A stretch of DNA of 64,000 nt from NCBI GenBank assembly GCA_964582965.1, contig CAZOUN010000004.1, positions 923-64,922 of the forward strand. The letters run 5' to 3'. This DNA is from an uncultured Anaerolineales bacterium. Its GTDB lineage: Bacteria > Chloroflexota > Anaerolineae > Anaerolineales > UBA11858. The position numbers and the translations under genes are program-made. A model generated the notes under the pieces. That model was not told where the DNA came from. It saw only the letters and a list, made by a program, of their open reading frames with translations, and did no database searches. Positions 27,844 to 35,260 of this stretch are shown piece after piece; positions within the stretch are counted from its first letter, which is position 1, and each line of letters opens with the position of its first letter.

Positions 27844-29008
27844 TTGGTGTCTGGTCCGGGTTAAAAGCCGGAAGCAATTTCATCACCGGGATGGATAGAA
27901 TGGCTGCGATAGAGCCGATCCAGTATGCTAGGCTTAGACCAAAATTATCACCGATGATTCCGATGACGATCAACATCAAAGCATTGGACAGAAAACTTAA
28001 CAGAATATAGATACTGTTGCCTGTTGCACGGTGATGTTGGAAATTATCCTGAACAAGGGCTAAAAAGATTGTACCGGTGGACAGACTGAAAAATCCAATC
28101 AATACTAATAAAGGAAATACACTCCATCCTGATAATTGGAGGAAAACAGGTACCAGGATAGACGAGATGGTAATTGATATCGTGATGACTTTTTTCCGGC
28201 CAATTTTATCGCTGAAAGGTCCTAGTACTAGGGCTCCGATTACTCCTGAGATCTCGAGTATTGAGAGGGCTGCCCCGGCTAGCCAAAGGGGAGTTCCTGA
28301 TTGGACCATGAACACTGGCAAGTAGGTACTTAGACATGCTGTCAGGGCAGAGCGCAAGATCAAAACAAAAGCAAGTGGGATGAAAAAACGCTTAAAGAAC
28401 GGTATTTCTTTACGAAGTGAATACCTCTCTTTTGGTTTGAATTCAAAGTTGCGGAATTGAAAATATAGAATAAGGCTGACTCCCCATCCTAAAAACATAA
28501 GACGCCAAAGACCCGATAAACCCCAGGTAGACAATGCCCAAACGGCCAAAAGGGGCCCAAGGCCTCTTCCAATTCCACCGCCAGCCATGTAAACACTTAA
28601 GCCGAACCCTTTCCTGGACTCCGTAGCCTTAGCTACTAGCCCCGGGGATGATGCGTGAAAGGTCGTCGAACTGGCACCAGATAAGAAAAGGACAATTCCG
28701 AGAGAAATTGGTGAATTAGTGCTGCCTATCAGGCTCATAAGGGTTGCCGTAAATGCTGGTGCGAAAATTACAAAATAGCGGGCGCCTGTTTTGTCTGCTA
28801 GGTAACCGATAAAAGGATTTAATATCGAGGGTAATCTGGAAATGCTGGTAAGGATGCCCGCGCCCGTTAGATTTATGGATAGATTATCCATCAGTGTTGG
28901 GAGAAGGGGGGCTAAAAAAGATGTATAAAGATCGTGAAAGAGATGCCCACCCGCGATTGAGTAAACCTGCTTTTCGGATAATTCTTTTGAAGTTTGATTT
29001 GTGTCCAT
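27836..29008 (-). CDS. MFS transporter (Fsr-like)
   Basis: GGHLFHDLY..FLAPLLP start and motif A GYLADK / GPFSDKIGRKK. Start taken as ATG 29008 because a terminator overlaps the longer ORF start at 29056. Confidence 0.85.
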   Translation of the reverse strand: MDTNQTSKELSEKQVYSIAGGHLFHDLYTSFLAPLLPTLMDNLSINLTGAGILTSISRLPSILNPFIGYLADKTGARYFVIFAPAFTATLMSLIGSTNSPISLGIVLFLSGASSTTFHASSPGLVAKATESRKGFGLSVYMAGGGIGRGLGPLLAVWALSTWGLSGLWRLMFLGWGVSLILYFQFRNFEFKPKERYSLRKEIPFFKRFFIPLAFVLILRSALTACLSTYLPVFMVQSGTPLWLAGAALSILEISGVIGALVLGPFSDKIGRKKVITISITISSILVPVFLQLSGWSVFPLLVLIGFFSLSTGTIFLALVQDNFQHHRATGNSIYILLSFLSNALMLIVIGIIGDNFGLSLAYWIGSIAAILSIPVMKLLPAFNPDQTPIG

Positions 29009-29045
29009 TACTGGGTCTCGATTCGTATTGTTTTGTAAAAAATAC

Positions 29046-29067
29046 AGAGCACCCATTTGGGTGCTCT
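29046..29067 (-). terminator. Intrinsic terminator of the cyclase gene
   Basis: 9-bp stem AGAGCACCC/GGGTGCTCT with a 4-nt loop, followed on the minus strand by GTATTTTTT. Confidence 0.75.
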
Positions 29068-29093
29068 AGAAAAATATTCAGGAAGACCTGAAC

Positions 29094-30566
29094 CTACTGT
29101 TTGTCAAGATTTAATTCATAGATCTTTACATGGCCTTTCCTGCCTTTGATAATAATTGAATCTAGTTTCGTCAAATTGTAATCATTGGATACAGCTTTAT
29201 AGACTTCATCACCAACCATAATACTGTTCGGCCCGCCAAATGGATTCATTCCTTTAGCGACGTTGACAAGATCCCCGAGGACAGTGAACTCAACTCTTTC
29301 GCTTGTGCCAACGTAACCAACTACCGCCCGGCCTGCTTTGACGCTGAGGCGGAGATTGATCGGTTGATCAAACTCGCTTGAAAGGGATTTCATACGTTTC
29401 AGAATGGCAACCCCGGATTTTACTGCCAGCTTTTTGTGATTTTGTTTCTCGTCGGACATACCAAAGACAGCCAGTACCCCGTCACCCTGATATCTGACCA
29501 CGCCGCTATCACCAAATATAATATCAGTTACACCAAGATAATAGTTATTGAGCATTTTGCCAAACTCTTGAGCCCCCATGGATTCTGCAAGCCCGGTTGA
29601 GTCAGTTATGTCTGCAAATAGGACAGAGACTTTCCTCTCTTTTAGACCGGGCAGGGTTCCGTGAAGATCATAATCTCGGAGTACGTAATCAACTTCTTGG
29701 GGTGAAACAAACCGTTGGAACATTTGCCGTAGACTTTGTTCTTGCTGAACCTTGTTGAGTAAATTAACTCGTTGAATTGTAAGTGCGGCTTGATGGCTGA
29801 TGGCAATTGCGACCTGGAGATCTGTATTTGTGAAGGGGAGGGAATCAGGTCTGGATTTATACATGTAGATTAAGCCAATGATCTCATTTTCAGACATGAT
29901 AGGAACGCATAGGGCGCTTTTGATTTTTAGCAGAGTAGCGCTTTCACTATCCTGAGCTGCATCACTCTGAGCCATATCCGGAATCACTACAGCAGATTTT
30001 TCCGTAATAGCTGATTGGGCGAGGGTTGACGGGAACCCAAAATCTTCCATTTCGTCAAACTGTTCTTTGAGGATCACTTTGCATTTGTCAGCGCCCATCG
30101 CTTGTTTCATCAGGAATGCGATTTCCTCGAGACAGTCGGCAAGGTTCATGACCGTGTTGAGGCGTTCTGAAATTTGGTACATCAGAACTGTGTGGTGGTC
30201 GAGAGCTTCGAGCAAGCGCTCGCGGGTAAACTTTTGGGGACCGCGTACCGTATCAAGCGGTTCGTCAGTGCCGCGAATGACAACGTTAATAGTTGAACTG
30301 CCTATGCGGATCATATCCAGATGTTGAAGCCTGTATGTATACGAGAGGCGGCGGCGGTTGATATAGGTTCCGTTAGTGCTTGTGAGATCTTGCAAAAGAG
30401 CCGTATCGGTACTGCGATTGTAATCAATTCTGGCATGCTGTCTTGATGCGGAAGGCTCGGCAATAACAATGTCATTGTTGGGGTGCCTGCCGATGGTATT
30501 TCCCCCTGGTTTCAGGGTGTATTTCTGAGGTTCCTTACCTGGCACACGAATTGTTAACAACCACAT
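29094..30566 (-). CDS. FHA-GAF-class III nucleotidyl cyclase
   Basis: FHA motifs GRHPNND/SRQH/STNGT, GAF LCVPI..IGLIY, cyclase LFADI..ST, QGDG and FTVLGD.VN. Confidence 0.88.
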   Translation of the reverse strand: MWLLTIRVPGKEPQKYTLKPGGNTIGRHPNNDIVIAEPSASRQHARIDYNRSTDTALLQDLTSTNGTYINRRRLSYTYRLQHLDMIRIGSSTINVVIRGTDEPLDTVRGPQKFTRERLLEALDHHTVLMYQISERLNTVMNLADCLEEIAFLMKQAMGADKCKVILKEQFDEMEDFGFPSTLAQSAITEKSAVVIPDMAQSDAAQDSESATLLKIKSALCVPIMSENEIIGLIYMYKSRPDSLPFTNTDLQVAIAISHQAALTIQRVNLLNKVQQEQSLRQMFQRFVSPQEVDYVLRDYDLHGTLPGLKERKVSVLFADITDSTGLAESMGAQEFGKMLNNYYLGVTDIIFGDSGVVRYQGDGVLAVFGMSDEKQNHKKLAVKSGVAILKRMKSLSSEFDQPINLRLSVKAGRAVVGYVGTSERVEFTVLGDLVNVAKGMNPFGGPNSIMVGDEVYKAVSNDYNLTKLDSIIIKGRKGHVKIYELNLDKQ

Positions 30567-30607
30567 AGAAATTTTCCTCTAAATCATAAGAATGTTGTTA
30601 AAAATTT

Positions 30608-30635
30608 ATTATAACCCAGGTTACTAATCTCGGAA
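30608..30635 (-). promoter_or_regulatory. Possible promoter for the cyclase gene
   Basis: Minus-strand TTCCGA-N16-TATAAT, with the -10 about 40 nt upstream of the ATG. Confidence 0.4.
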
Positions 30636-30659
30636 GAAACAATTACTAATTTGTAAACT

Positions 30660-30935
30660 TTATGATATTTGCTCGAAATGCTCAACAGCAAATACCATGA
30701 TTGTCGCACTCTTTTTGAATGGATTAACGCTGGGGGTGCATTCTTGATTGATAAGCTCAATGACTTTATCTACGTCGACTGAATCAACGCCTGCGATTAA
30801 TGTACTGGTGCCGCGTCGTAATAAGCCACCCGTTGAATCAATTAATGTCAGAGGGTGGCCCGAGTCATGCATCGCTCGCATGACAGAATCAGATTCGGCG
30901 TCTTCTAGAATGGCGAAAATCATCTTTTTATCCAT
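30660..30935 (-). CDS. DarA/PstA-like (DUF970) PII-like protein, copy 2
   Basis: MIFAIL...TLIDSTGGLLRRGTSTLIAGV...SATIMVF..EHFEQ, matching the YaaQ/DarA pattern. Confidence 0.85.
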   Translation of the reverse strand: MDKKMIFAILEDAESDSVMRAMHDSGHPLTLIDSTGGLLRRGTSTLIAGVDSVDVDKVIELINQECTPSVNPFKKSATIMVFAVEHFEQIS

Positions 30936-30936
30936 A

Positions 30937-31209
30937 TCACACTCTCTCGAAATCTTTAGCAGGCATGACGTAGATCGTTACTCGTGCATGAGCTGCATCT
31001 GTAGGCGCTGAGGGGGGAACAAGATTTCTGATCAATTCCAAGGCGTTTTCCACTTTGTCGTCATCAGCAACAGCCATTAATGTAGTAGTACCTCCAGACA
31101 AAAGGCCAGCCGTTGAAGCGAATTTTGTAACCCTGTAATCTGCTTCCAGTAATTCAGCTGAAACAAGTTCACTAATATTTGTAGGCATGATAGCAAGAAT
31201 CATTTTCAT
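30937..31209 (-). CDS. DarA/PstA-like (DUF970) PII-like protein, copy 1
   Basis: MKMILAIM...YRVTKFASTAGLLSGGTTTLM...VTIYVMP..DFERV. Confidence 0.85.
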   Translation of the reverse strand: MKMILAIMPTNISELVSAELLEADYRVTKFASTAGLLSGGTTTLMAVADDDKVENALELIRNLVPPSAPTDAAHARVTIYVMPAKDFERV

Positions 31210-31211
31210 AG

Positions 31212-33239
31212 TTATAGTTCCTCGTAGCGCTCAATATCAAGACTGAATATTGTCGCTCCTTCGTGGGTGAGTCCCGATGTCGGTTTAGGATCTTTGGAAT
31301 CAATCTTGAGCTTTGAGACATTCGCAGATTCCAGTAATTTTTTAATCTCTAAACGTTTCCCTCTTGGGTGACCAATTAAAACAGTCGCGTTCCGATGGCC
31401 CAGGAATCCACCAGTGCTTGCTATATGAGTCATCGGATAACCATATGGTTCAAGAAGTGCGGATATTTTTTGAAAATCTTTCTCCTGAATGACAATGGTC
31501 ATTAAGACTTCAATATTTTTGATAGTGCGCATCCTCAAAATCTGAACCAGCTCTGATTGATTTTCCATTAATGCGCTATCAACTTCGTGAACGAGACTAG
31601 AGAAAATTTCTTCAGAGATCCGGCCGTCCCGGAGTAATGATCGCAAGGTTGCTCTTTCGCTGGTTAGTACGGCTTTAATTGCTGACTCCAGTTCTTTGGT
31701 TTCAACGTTAGGATGAGCTCGCATGGTTTTGGCAGCAGTGTCAGCCAAGGTGGCTGCGCGAGAAGTGATAGGTTTGGAGAGAACATTCCAGACATGCTTT
31801 GACAGCAATCCATCCTTATACATTGTCTCAAGTTGTATAAAAGCAGTTCTAGCCATTACTAGTCTCGCATTTAAGCTTTCGTATTCTTCCTGGGCAGGAT
31901 TTTTTTCTATTAAACCCATACGGGCAATAAAAGGCTTCATGGTTAATCCCTGAACAAGTAGGGTAAAGAGAACAACACCAAATGCCATTGATTTGATTAT
32001 TGTTCCTTGTTCGCCAAGGCTGGCGGGTAAGCTGAGAGCAAGCGCAAGAGAGATAGCTCCTCTTAATCCACCCCAATATAAAACGTGTTTATAGCGGCGG
32101 GGGATACCAGGGCCGATCCATGACAATCCGTATATGGAAGCAGCTCTAGCTACCAGAACAGCTAGGATCGCCCAGAGGACTGCTTTCCAATCAGTTAATA
32201 AAATGTTCAAATCAATTTGGAGGCCAATCAGGAGAAATACAAATGAATTGGCTAAAAATGCAGCATATTCCCAAAAATTATATACCAAGATGCGAGTTGT
32301 TGGAGTCATTCGTTTCGGTCCAAGATTACCGCTGACAATTCCCGCAGCGACAACTGCTAAAACACCACTAACGTGAAATTGTTCTGCAATAATATATGAG
32401 CCGAATGCCAGTACAGTGGTTAGGGTAGTTTCAATCAACGAATTGTCGATTACGCTGATCGCTAAAGAGATAATTAAACCTAGGAGCACGCCAATAATTA
32501 ACCCTCCACCAGAGACGACGATAAAATTCAGTACACTCTCGCCGAGGTTGAAATATCCCGTGACTGCGATCGTAACCATCATATTGAAGAGAACTATAGC
32601 CGTGCCATCATTAAATAGGCTTTCTCCTTCAAGAAGCATTTGCAGGCGATGAGGTACTCCAAGGGAACGGAAAAGTGCTACGACTGCGACAGGATCAGTT
32701 GCTGCGATCAACGAGCCAAATAATAAGGCTGTTGTTAGGGAAAAATCGGTTCCCCAATAAAGAACACCCCCAACTAAAAATGTAGTTAATAAAACACCGG
32801 GGATTGCCAGGCTTAGAATGGGAGTCAGGTCTTTAAAAAGATCCTTGGCCTTGACCTGAAATGCAGCCTCGAATATCAATGGCGGTACAAGTAATCCTAA
32901 AAAGAGTTCCGGACTGACATTGAGGTTAATTTGGCCAATTAATGCCAAGACAAGGCCAATCACGACCAGCCCAGCAGTGTAGGGTACCCTGAGCCTCTCT
33001 GTGATAATGCCCACCAATGAGGAAATCAATAGTAAGCCAATCACGATTTCGATTATGAGTATGATATTAGATTCTTCCTCAGCTTCGTCCTCGGCGAGGG
33101 GGCCTGGATGAGACTGTCGGAAAGTTATTGCGTCTGAAGCAGAAACATAAGTGAAATTGAGGCCAGCAGCCAAGATGACAACTGTTAAGGCAATCAGGGA
33201 TAAAAGCAAGACATTTTTTATGTAAGATATGTTTTTCAT
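31212..33239 (-). CDS. CPA1 (NhaP/NhaK-like) cation/H+ antiporter with fused C-terminal DarA-like domain
   Basis: ATDPVAV, GESLFNDG and GLRGAISLALAL CPA1 motifs; helical cytoplasmic tail; last ~100 aa (about 31212-31520) contain THIASTGGFLGHRNATVLIG...EGATIFSLDIERYEEL. Confidence 0.9.
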   Translation of the reverse strand: MKNISYIKNVLLLSLIALTVVILAAGLNFTYVSASDAITFRQSHPGPLAEDEAEEESNIILIIEIVIGLLLISSLVGIITERLRVPYTAGLVVIGLVLALIGQINLNVSPELFLGLLVPPLIFEAAFQVKAKDLFKDLTPILSLAIPGVLLTTFLVGGVLYWGTDFSLTTALLFGSLIAATDPVAVVALFRSLGVPHRLQMLLEGESLFNDGTAIVLFNMMVTIAVTGYFNLGESVLNFIVVSGGGLIIGVLLGLIISLAISVIDNSLIETTLTTVLAFGSYIIAEQFHVSGVLAVVAAGIVSGNLGPKRMTPTTRILVYNFWEYAAFLANSFVFLLIGLQIDLNILLTDWKAVLWAILAVLVARAASIYGLSWIGPGIPRRYKHVLYWGGLRGAISLALALSLPASLGEQGTIIKSMAFGVVLFTLLVQGLTMKPFIARMGLIEKNPAQEEYESLNARLVMARTAFIQLETMYKDGLLSKHVWNVLSKPITSRAATLADTAAKTMRAHPNVETKELESAIKAVLTSERATLRSLLRDGRISEEIFSSLVHEVDSALMENQSELVQILRMRTIKNIEVLMTIVIQEKDFQKISALLEPYGYPMTHIASTGGFLGHRNATVLIGHPRGKRLEIKKLLESANVSKLKIDSKDPKPTSGLTHEGATIFSLDIERYEEL

Positions 33240-35002
33240 TGGTTTTTCAAATATCTATAAAATCCAGATGAATAGAGATTGATCCATTTGTTATTCCATT
33301 TTGAAGCGCTGTAGAAATCCTCAAGAAATAAAATTTCCTCTTGGTCTGTCATTACGCGAGGGTGAGCGTTGTCGATAAACTGCAGCGGAATTAGCCTGGT
33401 ATTGATATATCTGCCATCATAGAAATAATGGAAATCAATAAAAGCTTTGTCTTTGTTGAGGTGTACTTCTGGTTCGTTTATTGCCAGATACCATTGATCA
33501 AAAAACAAATTTCCCAAACCATAATGAATGAAATTTGATCCGGAAAGCTCAATTCCCTGGGGGTGGTGAGCCTGGCTGCCGCTGACTATTGAAGCACCTG
33601 CTTCTGAGAGCCGGCGGAAATCGTACATCTGAATTGCTATGGGTAGAAAGCTATCTACTTCTTCGTGCTGCATGGTAGCAATCACAATGTAACCCTCATT
33701 TGAAAGGCGAGTTATTTTCGGGATCATCCATTCAAAATCACATCTGGCTGCGCCAGGAACAGTCTCAGATGCGGTGGCGTATCCCTCGTGAATTTTAGCA
33801 TTACAACCAATAAAAACGAGTTTGTTCCCATTATGGACGATGACGACAGGATTGAGGCCATCCAGTAAATTTGAGCCACCGCCGTAGGTAATAAGATTGT
33901 GTTGATCGTATAAAACTAAAGAGTGAAACATGGCTTCGGGACCAAAATCCGCAAAATGATCACCACTCAGTTCAACTATATCGGTACCTATTGATTCTAG
34001 CAATTCAATATAGGAATCGCTCGAACAGAAAAAAAGGTCATCCTGAATAGAATCGGGTATAGGACAATCATCTGCAAAGGGAACTTCGTTGCTGATATGG
34101 GTAATATCAGCTGATAGAAGCAAATCCCTAATATCATCTGCTGGATAGAGTACTCCTTTTTTCTCAATGATCGAAGCCGTGCTTCTAACAAGTGCAGTAA
34201 CACCAGTCAAAACAACGGAGGTGAGTTTTGAGGAGTCGAAATTAGAAATATTAGTCATCTCAAAAGGGTGGAACAATGAGGGATTTGGGGTGGAAAGGTA
34301 GATCGGAAATGTCAAAGGATAGAGACCGTCGTCAATTGAAGAAGTTAGCGGGTCTAGATTATCAACGGAAATAACCTTGTACGATGGTTCCAACTGATCG
34401 AAGGGAATGATAGCTAATGTAGTTGTGTTATACCAAATATTTTCTAATATCTGATCAGGCTCAGTAATTATGATCCCTTCTTCAGCGGGTGCGCCCCAGT
34501 GTTGAGATAGGTGATTTGTTGTTTCTTCACTAACTAGCAGCCTGTCATAATCAGGTATTTCATTGGAAACGGATTTCCAAATAGCAGTGAGATCAGACGA
34601 TTGGATATTTTTTAGATTGGAATAAAAGGGGGCTACAACTACATAGGTCCACGAACCAATAAGCATATCGGACCGTGCTGACGAGAAAGTCATCAGAGCT
34701 TGATCTTTGGATGTTGTTATATTGAATTCTGCTTGTTGAGAAATCATATTTCTTGCGGAATCAGGAAGTGCAGGGTCCACCCAGGAAAAATAAGGAGCCG
34801 GAATCAATTGCGGAGTAAATGAAAGCGTCAAGGTAGATTCGGGGGTTGGCTCGAGATATACAGGGGTATGTGTGTCGGGAATGAAAACTTCCGGTTGAGG
34901 AGAGCAACCAGATAAAAAGAAAACCATAATTAACAGAGAAAGAAAGATAAATAGGAAGTTTATATTGGTGAAATTAGAAGATTTATTAAGGTTGATGATC
35001 AT
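33236..35002 (-). CDS. Lipoprotein with a CapA/PGA_cap (metallophosphoesterase-fold) domain
   Basis: Lipobox FLSGC, Pro/Thr-rich linker, HISNE, GDHF.D, GSQAHHPQ and YGLGNLFFD motifs; ATGA overlap with the antiporter start. Confidence 0.8.
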   Translation of the reverse strand: MIINLNKSSNFTNINFLFIFLSLLIMVFFLSGCSPQPEVFIPDTHTPVYLEPTPESTLTLSFTPQLIPAPYFSWVDPALPDSARNMISQQAEFNITTSKDQALMTFSSARSDMLIGSWTYVVVAPFYSNLKNIQSSDLTAIWKSVSNEIPDYDRLLVSEETTNHLSQHWGAPAEEGIIITEPDQILENIWYNTTTLAIIPFDQLEPSYKVISVDNLDPLTSSIDDGLYPLTFPIYLSTPNPSLFHPFEMTNISNFDSSKLTSVVLTGVTALVRSTASIIEKKGVLYPADDIRDLLLSADITHISNEVPFADDCPIPDSIQDDLFFCSSDSYIELLESIGTDIVELSGDHFADFGPEAMFHSLVLYDQHNLITYGGGSNLLDGLNPVVIVHNGNKLVFIGCNAKIHEGYATASETVPGAARCDFEWMIPKITRLSNEGYIVIATMQHEEVDSFLPIAIQMYDFRRLSEAGASIVSGSQAHHPQGIELSGSNFIHYGLGNLFFDQWYLAINEPEVHLNKDKAFIDFHYFYDGRYINTRLIPLQFIDNAHPRVMTDQEEILFLEDFYSASKWNNKWINLYSSGFYRYLKNQ

Positions 35003-35260
35003 AAAAATAGGTAGCTAATAAATAACAGTTTTCCCTTTAGAATGCATTTGCGCATAGGAATAACAAATGAAATAGATTATTGCATGCAAAGCAGATGATG
35101 AAATAATGAATGATTGATCTGAAATAGTAGTGTAGCTTATGGATACATGCAAGTCAACCAGCCATTCAAGCAAGGTAGAGGATACCCTTAGAGGTATAAT
35201 TAATACCATCAATTCTTTGACAAAGTCAAACATTTAATGTTCTGGACAGGTCAAACGTGA

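Noticed and set aside
35003-35260. c-di-AMP (ydaO) or other riboswitch upstream of the DarA operon
   Set aside because: No recognisable conserved riboswitch core; the region is AT-rich and promoter-like.
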